A stretch of 49,424 bases of DNA, the filler included, from Bipalium vagum (lineage: Eukaryota), in assembly GCA_037834085.1 (NCBI GenBank). It is 2 parts of 2 records of this genome, joined end to end, with 100 filler letters (N's around TTAATTAATTAA, not from the genome) between each part and the next. Parts side by side here need not be neighbours in the genome. Positions count along the whole stretch, not along the records: positions 1 to 30,098 come from JBBMKC010006430.1; 1 more part is not named here. One strand, given 5' to 3'. The notes beneath the pieces were generated by a model. The model was not told the DNA's origin. It was given only the letters and a program-made list of their open reading frames with translations, and made no database searches. Positions within the stretch are counted from its first letter, which is position 1; each line of letters opens with the position of its first letter. Positions 12,965-24,238 of the stretch are shown here, one piece after another. The position numbers were made by a program, and so were the translations under genes.

Positions 12965-13174
12965 ATGCCTGAAAGTGAAAATGCAATCGTATATCATTTT
13001 ATTTCGGTGATCATTTATTGTATCTTTTTAACAATTTTAATTTTTGCAATTTTCATTTGTTTATTTATGGTTTTGTGGCATTCTTGGTGGAAAATCTATT
13101 ATCCGAAGAAACGAGACAGTCTTCGAAAGAAAATTAAAAAAGATATCAGAAGATTTATAGAAAACTTAACTTAA
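12965..13174 (+). CDS. Candidate 69-aa single-pass membrane microprotein
   Basis: ATG start, ~28-residue hydrophobic stretch, aromatic belt WHSWW, strongly basic juxtamembrane tail, AATAAA ~70 nt after the stop. No recognised homology. Confidence 0.45.
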   Translation: MPESENAIVYHFISVIIYCIFLTILIFAIFICLFMVLWHSWWKIYYPKKRDSLRKKIKKDIRRFIENLT

Positions 13175-13769
13175 GGATATGAAATATAGATTATTTTTAT
13201 TTACCTAGTATAAACGTCCTAAAATAATGTTTAGAAATTATAATAAATAAAATGTATTGTTTAAAACAGTTTAACACTAATTCAATTGTATTTGATTTTA
13301 ATTTTAGTAAATTTTAATAAAAAAATTATTAGTATGATTATATTTGAAAAATGATTTTTTAATGTGATGGGTTTGCCAAAGGCACAGACCCTAAAAATCG
13401 TGAATGATAATAATAATGTTAATAAGAAGAATAATAATTTAAAATGTACATATATATATATTTTTGTATATATATTACAAAAATAAATTATTACTATTGT
13501 TAGCTGCAATATTAAAAAAATCAGTCATAATTTTAAAGATACATTTTTGAATGCTCTTTTAAACAATAATACTTAAACAAATTTTCCATTCTTAATAAAA
13601 TAATTTATTGTGCCATTAAATATCAGAATTCATTTCAATAAAAATTATTTTAAAATAAATATTAAAATTAAGTTTACAATTAATTAAAAATTTAAATAAG
13701 GCACAATATAAAAATTTAAAAATTAGAAATCAATTTAAATAATCAAAACTTATTTTTTTTAATATCATT

Positions 13770-14106
13770 TTACTAACTTTATCTCTGCGTAGAAATAAAG
13801 TTAGAATTTATAGACTATTAAGGAAAATAGCCGTCTAAAAGCGTAGAGATTGGTGATCATGGACCAATATATAAAGAGATGGCTCTCCCCAGAAAGCCAC
13901 CCATTAAAAAAGGAAAGATTTTTACAGGATTTGTTGGAAGAAAGTTATTTACTTTGTTTTTACGAAGACGTTTTGCCGAGGATTTTTGCTGAAGAAGATT
14001 TGTAGGAGATTTCAATTTTAGACGAAGATTTTATCCGAAGACGATTTCAATTCCAGTCATTTTATTTCTGTGTTATGAGGATGCAAAAGGATTTAACAAT
14101 GGGGTC
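13770..14106 (+). repeat. Partial LTR (same family as the 23.2, 33.1 and 48.8 kb copies, opposite orientation) upstream of gypsy pol
   Basis: GGAAAATAGCCGTCT..GCGTAGAGATTGGTGATCATGGACCAATATATAAAGAGATGGCT matches the reverse complement of 23880-23940 and 49130-49195. Hairpin CTAACTTTAT/ATAAAGTTAG at 13773-13804. Confidence 0.7.
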
Positions 14107-14189
14107 GTTTTGATCGTTGGAAGAATTATTTTTGATCGTCGGAAGAATTAAAAACGAAAAAGAATTCGTTAAAAAGAGACAATTTTGAG

Positions 14190-15965
14190 GTGAGTAATAG
14201 ATGTGATACAGGATGGGTGAATATGGTCAGCGAAAATCAAAATGCGATAATATCTTACAATGTGATGCAGGGGAGGCCGAGTGTGACAGTAATGATACAA
14301 GAGTTGAGATTGGAATGCTTATTAGATACAGGGGCCAGAATTAATATAATGAGCAGTAATTTAGCTACAAGATTGCGTAATATTCAAATTAGAAAATGCG
14401 AAGACAGATTACGGTGTGCAAATGACAGCGCATTAGAAACTATGGGAAAACTGGCAGTAAATGTCGTAATAGAAGGCAGACAAGCAGAAATTAATTTTAT
14501 TGTGGTAAAAAATGTTACTCCTGAATTGATAGGAGGTGTAGAATTACAACGACAGTTTGGTTTTGTATTAAAGCAAGAAAACTTTATTTCGAAAGTACAG
14601 ATAGACAAAATAGAACACAGAGAAAAACCATTTATTTGCAATATTGAGGCAAAATTTGGGAGACAAATAAACATTGGAGTACGATAACATAGAACATTAA
14701 CAGCATTGAAAATAGAACGAAAGTCACAGATAGGTAAATTTATCCAAGAAAATGAAGACGCCTTTATGGCTGATAAGTGGGACATCGGATGTACTCATTT
14801 AGCTCGGCATAACATAAAAACAACGGGTAATTCTATTAATCTTAAGCCATTTAGACAGCCGATGAATTTAGAAGACAAGATCAATGAAGCAATAACCTTC
14901 ATAAGAATGACATAATTAGGAAATGTCAATCACCGTGGAATACGCCTTTAATATGTGTGTGGAAAAAAGATAAGCAGGAAATCAGGTTATGCTTTGATTT
15001 CCGACAGCTGAATGCAATAACAGAGAGACCAGCTTTCCCAATGCCAAATGTTGATGAAATTATAGATCAATTAAGTGGGTCAAAATATTTTAGTTCAATT
15101 GATTTAGGAAACGCCTATTACCAAGTAGAATTGGATGAAGAGTAAAAAAAAAGACGGCCTTTTCAACAATAACAGGTCAATATTGTTTTAATCGCATCGC
15201 TGCTCCAGGAACGTTTCAAAGGATTATGAATAAAGTAGTTGGTGGTTTGATAGGAACAATTGTTTATCTGGATGATATCTTGGTATTCTCAGACAACATC
15301 GAACAACATTACACAAGGCTAGATAGGGTATTAAAAAAAAATAAAAAAAGCCGGATTGTTAGTGAACCCTGAAAAATGCCAGTCTTTAAAAGAAGAAGTA
15401 AAATTCTTGGGACACGTTATAAATCAAAAAGGGATTAAGACGGATCCACAGAAGATAGAAGCCATTAGATCTTTCAACAAACCAAACTGCATAAAAGGTC
15501 TACGAAGTTTCCTAGGAATATGCAAATATTATAAGAAATTCATCAAGGATTATGCAAGAAAAGCTGGGGCTTTGGAACGCATGTGTGGAATGAAATTGCA
15601 TTTCTGAATTTGAAAAAGGCCCTGATGTCAAGTCCAATACTGTGCTTTCCAGATCTAAGAAAAGACTTTATCGCAGATGGATAATAATGGTAAAGAACGG
15701 GTAGTAGCGTATGGATCTCCCACATTGAATAGCCACGAAAAGGGTTATTGCGTGACCAGAAAAGAGTTACTTGCTATTTACTATTTTTGTAAGCACTTTA
15801 ATCATTTTTTATACGGCAGGAAATTTTTGTTGCGAACAGACCACAAGGCTATTACATTTATGATAAGCACAAAGAAGCCAATCACATCCCAGTTCCAAAC
15901 GTGGATCAATTATTTGAGCAGCTTAGATATTCAATTAGAGTACCGTAAAGGAACAGACCACACCA
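14190..15965 (+). pseudogene. Ty3/gypsy pol remnant: aspartic protease, RT and RNase H; integrase deleted
   Basis: LLDTGA protease motif; SPWNTP, RLCFDFRQLN, SIDLGNAYYQV, VYLDDI (~15262-15280), LRSFLG, KELLAI, LRTDHKAI. Several stops and frameshifts. Confidence 0.93.
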
Positions 15966-16070
15966 GGACACCAACCAGCGGACGAGGTCTCGGAAGTAGA
16001 ATTGTAAAGGAATTGCATGGAAATGGAAGTAAAGAGACTCGGGGCGGTTAAGGGTATGGATGTGAGGTTT

Positions 16071-16110
16071 AAAGGAGGAGGATGTGAGATAAATTGAAAA
16101 TTAGTCGGGT
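16071..16110 (+). promoter_or_regulatory. Polypurine tract and start of the 3' LTR
   Basis: AAAGGAGGAGGA (16071-82) is immediately followed by TGTGAGAT (16083), the same terminus as the LTR at 24200 on the minus strand. Confidence 0.7.
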
Positions 16111-16129
16111 GATATATAATGTATATATA

Positions 16130-16380
16130 CAGGGTCTTCCAAAATAAGCTTTACTATTTTTAACATATTAAATACTAAGTAGTTTTTGTTTAAATAAATT
16201 AATATTTAACATTATTCTAGCTAAATATTTGAAAAGTCATTTTCACTTGAGTGAAGGTGTTTTTAATAAACAAAATTGTCGAATTTGGGCAACAAAGCAA
16301 CCCTATGTTTTGAAGGAAGAAGCATTACATTGGCCAAAAGTTACTGTATGGTGTGGAATTTATCAAGACTTAAGGATGTT
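16130..16380 (+). mobile_element. DD41D/rosa-like fragment interrupting the 3' LTR
   Basis: TA-CAGGGTCTTCC terminus; peptide HFHL..NKQNCRIWATKQP..LHWPKVTVWCG. Confidence 0.7.
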
Positions 16381-18077
16381 GTCTCAATTATAAAAATATA
16401 AAATAGTATTTGTTCATGCTTATTCTAATTATTGAATTAAAAATAAGGAATTCTTTTTCCCTATTACATTTTTTATGTTCATAATTTTTTTTCACGGTAT
16501 GTTAACGTACAATATATATAAATGTTATGATTAAACATTGTAACAAAATAAAAATTTTCGTAAGTTTTCGTATTGATACCAAATAATATTGAATAATGTC
16601 TTTCATGATATTTCACAGTGGTCTTGTAAAACAAATTGTTATTTAATTTATCATATACTGTTAAACCTAAGTGAATAGAATTAATATCAAGCGAAATGAG
16701 TTCAAGTTCATAAGATAGGATACAATCATTTATGGTAGTGTGAGGTTCACTGTCTCAATAAAAATGAAACTCTATTTTCCCAGACAAAACAAGGAATACA
16801 CTTGTAGAAAAAGACAAAATCTAAATTAAAATGATTCTGGTTCTCGTTATTCATGCCAGTGAGAATCATTTGGGAATTATTATCCATTCTTATTGATTTT
16901 AGTGATTTTAGTTACAGCCTAAAAGACAAAAATATGTATCTACTTATTTGATTGATATATCCCTTGGGATATACCCTTACTGGCAGATATGGCTGACTTT
17001 CTCCTGTCACTTATATGTAAATTTAAGAGAATCATTTTAATTATAATTTGATTTGGCCCCGTTTCATAGCTCACTGTTGTTATTTTAAGCAAGGGTATTT
17101 TTCTATGCAACAATTTTGAAACTAGTCCTCTCACATAAAAAGGAAATATGGACCATTTTTCTGAACCTTGAAAAAAGTTGAATAGATTTTATAATCTTTT
17201 AAATTTCTGAATTTTTTCTTTCAAAGTACCATCCTAAAGCAAGTAAAATCTTCGTCTTAACAAAATTTACTTGTTATATACTGACAAACAATGTGGCATT
17301 AAGTGAGACATATATTACTGCAAGCCTCCCATCAATATCTTTTTTATTTTTTCAGGCCTGGATAATTAATTTTTAAATGTTATGATCAAGCTCTTAAGAG
17401 ATTCAGTAGGCCTTAAAGACCTCCAACTAAACATGGTGTTTTAGACAGTCTCTAATAATATTTCTTCGAAATCACCCGAGGATATCAAAAGTAAATCGCT
17501 TTGTCATGATCTTATGCATTTAAGTCAAATGCTCTTTATAACGAAAAGTAACGAATATTTTTTCTTGACATCAAATTGAAGTAAAATTAAAAATATTCGG
17601 AATGAGTTTATTAAAATGGTGAACTAAACATATATACAATTTTATATACCTGTATAAAAATTATTAAATCTCACATGACCCCTCTCAAATTTCAAAGGAA
17701 GATATTTAAGATGAATCAGTCCAAATAATTTTTTTAGTTCAAAATCTTTTGAAGTTTTAAAAATATAAAATAATCAAAGCATTTAGAAGCCATCAGCAGT
17801 CAACTCAATAAATTTTACTCTAAAATCAACGAAATAACCATTGTAAATTTATTATTATATTTTGGTACTCTACATTATTTTTCATATTCATTTTAATTTA
17901 TCATAAACTTTGTATTCTTTATTTTTTATTTTCTTTTTCTTTATTTCTTTTGAAATAATAAATATTTCTTTCTTTATTATAATAAATATTTGTCTTTATA
18001 AATGATAAATATTAGTTTAGAGCTAATTTTAATTAGCGTAACATTAACATTAAACTTGTTTTATTATTCACGTTGTC

Positions 18078-19034
18078 ATGGAAATTCGTAAACTTATTTT
18101 CAACGGCGGCCGCCTGAAAATCCTTAATCGGATAATTTATCACAATATTGAACTAAACTCTCAAAGAGAAAACTTTTATTTTCAAAAACTACTAATATAA
18201 AAAATCACATTATTCACAAAAAAAATTTTTCGGATTGATTCTTTAATGAAATAATATTTAATAATTATTAATTGCAGTTTTCTTTGTTTTGTGAAACTCA
18301 ATTTTGAAATTCTAATTAGGCTATTATTCTCATAATTGATTTGTTCCTTCGTGAAAATAGATAGAATTGTCTTTAATTTAATAATAATTAAATAAATTTG
18401 CGGTACTCATTAAAATTGACATTTTTCAAGCTTAAAATATGCTCTAAACTCCTAAGAAGAAATCAAATCCTTTTTATAAAATATATTATCATTTCTCATA
18501 TGATTATTATATATAATCCTTTTATAATATTTAAAATAATTTTTATGATTTTCAGTTGTACCCTGTTATGCATTGTTTGATTATGATACCGGAGCGGTCA
18601 TTGAGTATGTGCCATTGAAGGTTACTTCTTCTAAACACCACATGCTTCCAGTGTATCGTTATTACAAACCTGCTCCACAGAGAAACAATCTCCAACGCTA
18701 CAATCAGATCATGAAGTCTCTATCTCGAAGCACAATTGATCAGAATTCATGCCTTCACCATTCTCTGTCGTCGATTAGAATCAGCGATAAACGTTCCCAC
18801 ATGGTCACCAAACAGTTCTCACCTTCAGAGTCCGATCTTGACAAGTGCAACTCCCCGAAACTGCTTTCCCACTGCAATTCAATTGAAAAGTTCCATTTAG
18901 ATCAAATGAACGACGATTACAGTTTCGATCCCCAAGACTCAATAAACTTACAAGTGCTATCTAACAATAACAAATTCAAGTTCAATTATTACCTGAGCGA
19001 GGAGAGCAGCGATATCACCGAATCAATTTGGTGA
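18078..19034 (+). CDS. Orphan spliced gene (putative exons 18078-18087 and 18556-19034), Ser-rich, function unknown
   Basis: Strong acceptor TTTTCAG at 18555 and a higher-GC, codon-like open frame. ATG GAA ATT C|GT joins in frame to give MEILVPCYALFDYDTGAVIEYVP. The first exon is tentative. Confidence 0.55.
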
Positions 19035-20394
19035 TCGCCACGCGACCTTTTGATTGAGAAGAAGCTGGCTTCTTTGTACGAACTGCTTTACCAAGTGTCA
19101 AAATATCTTTCAAGTATTCAAAGGATTTTCCCTTTTCTTTCTAAGTTATTGTTTAGAAATTGTCTTTTATTCAATTTACTGATCACTTGCTTATCAGTTA
19201 GAAATATTTGATAGATTTTACTAGGAATTTAACCATTGTTGCTTAATTATCGTTTTAATCATTGATCAATTATTAATTAATTATTAATCAACGGCATTGG
19301 AAAGTAAATATTTCTTGTTATAAGAACAGTTAGCGGTTCTTTGAAATCGAGAGATTGCGAAAAGAAAATTCCGGTTTTCAAAGGCGGGATGAGTGTAGTT
19401 CATTGATCCGGATCAACTATTGATGATCGGGAAATAAATGAATAGATTTTTCAAAGATCAGATCTTGTGAAGATGGAGACTTCTTAGGATTAATGAAAAA
19501 TGACTTGGAGTTTCGAAAAAACATGTTAGGAATAGTATTAAAATAAATCCAAAGCCGTTATGAAACCTTATAGAAATTGATAGCTTCATTAATTTGTAAT
19601 TCGAGTCTTACACTAAAAATAAAAGTTCTCCTTACAATCCAATATAATAAAAACTGAAACTAGAAACGTAGTTGAAACTAAGAACTTCCTGAGATCCTGA
19701 TGAAGTTAACATAAGGCTTTACATGGAGTGTCGCTGGAGATTCCTTAAAATTTAGAGAAAACTTAATATAGAAAAGTTAAAAAAGGAAATCGAACACAAT
19801 CAAAAATTCCTAAAGAATATCTTTGTAGTTAAGTACTCTTGTATACTTAAACTTTTGTCATTAATCCAAGAGAAGTGTTTCCACAGCTATGTGAAAGAAA
19901 ATTTTCAAGAAGTGCCAACCCACTGAAACAGAAACTTAAATCACAGTTATAAATTTTATTAATTGCTCCTCAATTGCCAAAATCGTTATTTTTCTTCAAA
20001 GAATTCATTTCACTTCACAGTCTGCTTAAGACCACTTATGGTGGCAATAGCCCGTGGGCACTGGGCCTGATTCGACAGAAATCCGTTAATTTCATTTTCG
20101 AAAAAGTGATTTCTTATTTTTCAGTACAGGTTCTATTTATTAAAATTTATTTCACTTATTATATTTACCTTCAAATATAAAATATTCGTTTTTTCCAAAC
20201 CTATTTAATCCGTTGAACAAAGATGCTCCATTTTTGCTATCTTTATTGATTGGTTGCTGATATTACAAAATCTGTTAAAATGGTTTAAATACAAGGATGC
20301 TTAAACTACATGTCGTTTTCTTTTATAAATTTGTTATCAGTTGTGAACGAAAACGAATTAATTATAAACGAAATATTTATTAATTAAAAAAAAA

Positions 20395-21322
20395 CATTTT
20401 GATAACTATTTCGCGTCACTACAATACAGGTGAAAAATATTTATCACAATCGATCCGACTGTCAACGAAAAAAACAAATAGAAGTGACGATAAGATATTT
20501 ACAATAAATACTGCAAGCCAATTCAAACCTGCTTCTGATATCAGAGCTGAAATAATTGAAAGGTTATCTTTGCCTATTTCTTTGTCAACCATTCAACGAC
20601 GACTAGGAGAAAAAGGCATTTTTTGATGTATTTATTTAGCGACAAAACCACTTCTTCTTGAGATAATATTAGTAAAAGTTTAGAATTTGCTATTAACTAT
20701 AAAGTTTGGACAATCGGTCAGTGGAAATCTGTGTTATTTACAGATGAATCAAAATTTGAACTTTTTGGAAGTCTTCGTCGATAATTAGTTAGAAGAAAAT
20801 TAATCAAAGATATAAACCCCAGTGTATTTTACCTTACATTAAGACATGGAGGTGGTTTAGTAATGATATGGGGTTGTTTTGCTTATGCTGGAGTTGGTGC
20901 ATTAGTGAAAATTGATGGCATCATGAAGAAAAACCAATATCATCGCATTCTTCAGCAATACGTAATCCTATCCGGAATTGACTTAATTGGCCAAGGTTTC
21001 ACTTTACAAGATGACAACTATTCGAAACACACTTCTAAGCTGTGTTATAATTATTTAATGAAAAAAGAAGAAGATGCAATACTTCAAATTTTAAAGTGAC
21101 CGCGCACAATCGCCAGATTTTTGTCCTGTCGAGTTACTTTGAGATGAGTTTGACCTTCAAGTAAGAAATATGCGAATAAACAGCCAAATAGATATGAAGA
21201 ATTGCTTAGATGATGCTTGGAACAATATAAGTGTAGAAAAACTATATAAACCTCTGGAGAGAATAGCTAAAAGATGCATCGCCGTGATCAAAGTAAAAGG
21301 TGATTACATCAATGAAAATTAA
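20395..21322 (+). mobile_element. Decayed Tc1 (DD34E) transposase
   Basis: STIQRRL, WKSVLFTDESKFELFGS, HGGGLVMIWGCF, QDDNYSKHTS, QSPDFCPVE. Stops and frameshifts present. Confidence 0.9.
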
Positions 21323-23152
21323 CTATTATGATTTTGCGTGTAAAAATAGTGTTGTCGTAATCTTAAAAAAAGTATTTTAATTTTTAAACTTAAAAGCAGT
21401 AAACAAATCAAAATCATTAAATAAAAGAAATAAAACCAGTTGCATTAGGCTGGAATCTTCAATTTTGATTTTTTTCGGTAGGGTTTCAAACTTTTGACAG
21501 TAATGTAAATATTTAAGTGAAACTGAAAATACACAATAAACTCTTTATATTGGTCTTTATAGATATAATATTTTCTTTCTCTCAATTTAATCTTCCTTGA
21601 CCAATCTGTAACCAATTCCATGGTCACTGCATTGATATTATTAATTTTTACGAGTTTAACTGAAGACCGATGGGCACTAAAAATCCACGAAAATAGTAAG
21701 ACTTTTTGAGAAAAAAGCCCAAATTTCCGAAGATATGAAAATTTGATCAATACATTTTTATTGTTTGTTTAAATGTGCAGATATATGCACTTTTATACTT
21801 GAAAATATAAAATATAATATTTAACACTTAAAATATATTTTTCTTGTTAAATTGATCTGAAAGGACTGTTTACATATATTCAAATATATAATATAATAAT
21901 AATTTTTAAAAAATATTAATTTTAAAGAAAAAATAAAAAAAAATTATTAAATAAAAAATGTGGTTGAAATTTTTTGAAGAAATCAAAATATTTTATCACC
22001 TCATCTGATGTAGACTGAAGGCACAAAAAATAAATAAAATAATCACAATAAATGTGATTAATAATTAAAATTGTGAATAACTTTTCCATCGTGCTTAAAA
22101 GCTAATCTATTGATTTTTGGATTTTTCATTATTTTCACATATTTATCATAAATCAAATGAGTTTCCACTGAGAGCTCTGCAAATAAACAATATTTTCAAT
22201 TGACTTTTTCATTAAAGTAAAAAATCAATAGCAACAACAACCACGACCACAACAGCAACAACCGGGAATTGCCCGCGGGGAGAGCTCTCAGATGTGGGCT
22301 ATACCAGAGCTAAGACCCACCCAATGCGATACGTTTTCAATCTCGCTGAGAAAGGAGGAAATATTACTTTCCGAATTACACAAATTATTTTTCCACTGGT
22401 AAATTGTACGAAAAAATCAATTTCTCCTCATTCTTCGATCAATATTTAATGACAATTAATTAAAAATCAAAACAATGATGTTAGATCTGATGGTATTAAC
22501 CATTTCAAATAGTCGACCTAAAATTACCTGAGAGACGTCCGAGAATAATTAAAGTAAGTCATCGGAGATCCTTTCATACGTAACAAGAGGTAAATAATCA
22601 CAAAAATGGTTAAGAGTCGCAAAGAAAAATAAAGTTCGAGAATTTTTAAACGAAAATGAAGAACGTAATACTTTTATTTTTAAGACCTTAGAACGGAGCA
22701 GTCTGTAAATGAAGAAGCAGAATTTGTGAACTGAGAGGACTAAGTATCAGTTCTGAACTTCGATGTACTCTATTGGAAACATGCCCTTAATCAGTAGGAA
22801 TTGGTTTTATTTAATTTGATGCCTTGATTTATGACAGTCAGTGTTCGTTACCGTCACGTTACAGGTATTTATTCGAATTCATAAGTCAAGGTTGAATATA
22901 ATGTTTATTCCAAAATACCATGCTGAGTAGCTGCCAAAGTCACATTCCTTTATTTGTTAATTTAATTTATTAACATTAATTAAAATTGTGATTTTAATAA
23001 AATTGTGATTATGAAATTAATTTAATCATTTTTTTTATTTTAAAAACTTTGGGCACTTTTAAAACTTTGATGATAAAAAGAAATACAATTTTTAAATTTG
23101 GTCAAATTTCTCTTACAAGGTGGACTCTTTGGTCAAAACAACAACATCAGCA

Positions 23153-24200
23153 ACTGAGAACGTAACGTTTGAAGGGTTTACACGTTTTAATTAAAAAAAT
23201 ATTTGATAAAACAAACAAATTTATCCACGTCATTTTACACATTAACTTTTAGGAAATCCCCAAAATGTGTTTATGTTTTCGTATAATTTGTTACTATTAT
23301 ACTAAAATGTAGTAACGTGTGCTCATCTACTCGTGACTCCTCAATTTGTGTAACTCGTTGTGTTCGAAATCCCTCTCAACTCCTTTGAATGTAAAACACC
23401 CTCCACTATACAATATTCGCTCCTTCAATAATCAATTCGAAATATTTAAAATAAAACTTTATTTGTATTAACAATTACAAATATTAAATCGATCACAAAA
23501 AAATGTTATTATGAATAAACTGAAATCTCGCTACCGCTGAATGCGTTTTTAATAATAATGATATTAATCTAATAATAAAATTAAAGCAATGAAAACAAAT
23601 AAATGAAAATGAACAAAATCAGTCTCACCAAGAGCGACAAGGGGTCCCCGGGTCACCCTCTAAGCCCTTCTCAGGTCGCCTAGGGGTTCCAAAACTCGCT
23701 GGGTCCCCTTGCAAAAATCCGACGGCATAACTACGAATAAATCCGGCTGCATAATCAATAATTATTTCGGAATTGACGTACTGAATCTGAATACTTCTGG
23801 ATGCTTCTGGCTACTTCTGGTTACCTCTGGATACTTCTGGCTACTTCTGGTCACTTCTGGTCACTTCTATATATTTCTGAAAAATAGCTGTCTCCTTTTA
23901 TAGGCGTATATCTCTACGCTCAGAGACGGCTATTTTTTCCAATAGCCCTTCACTATCTCCACGCCGAGATAGTCTCACTTCTGTCGAGGCTAATGGATTC
24001 CCGTTTTTAATTATTATTATAAAAAAATTTTTATTATTATTATTATTATTATTATTCAAAAATCCTTATTATTATTATTATTATTATTAATTAAAAATTA
24101 GTATTATTATTAAATTGCCAAATAAAATAATATAATAATTTTTTTATAATTACTACTAATAAAAACCAACAAATTGAAGGAAGAATAAACTCATCTCACA
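23153..24200 (-). repeat. Solo LTR (~1.05 kb), gypsy-associated family
   Basis: Minus strand starts TGTGAGAT at 24200 and contains (AAT)n, TATAAAAGG at ~23894-902 and AATAAA at ~23458-63. The left end TGAGAACGTAAC..GAAGG aligns to 33151. Extensive identity to 48783-49254. No target-site duplication found. Confidence 0.7.
23792..23867. repeat. 10-bp tandem repeat (ACTTCTGGNY) x ~7.5 inside the LTR
   Basis: acttctggat gcttctggct acttctggtt acctctggat acttctggct acttctggtc acttctggtc acttct. Confidence 0.92.
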
Positions 24201-24238
24201 CGATACTTGTATCAGTGGTATTCAATGTCCTGCAGATA

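Noticed and set aside
13851-13865. TGGTGATC as the gypsy primer-binding site
   Set aside because: It is an internal hairpin arm of the LTR family, homologous to 49160-49180 on the minus strand.
14384-14785. 133-aa minus-strand ORF
   Set aside because: Antisense shadow of the gypsy protease/RT frame.
16940-17600. Possible hAT transposase relic (also 19300-20080, 34290-34760, 48350-48640)
   Set aside because: Only vague motif resemblance; cannot be supported without a search.
23950-24002. GGCTAATGG as an HDV-like ribozyme J4/2
   Set aside because: Could not build the P1/P1.1/P2/P3 nested double pseudoknot.
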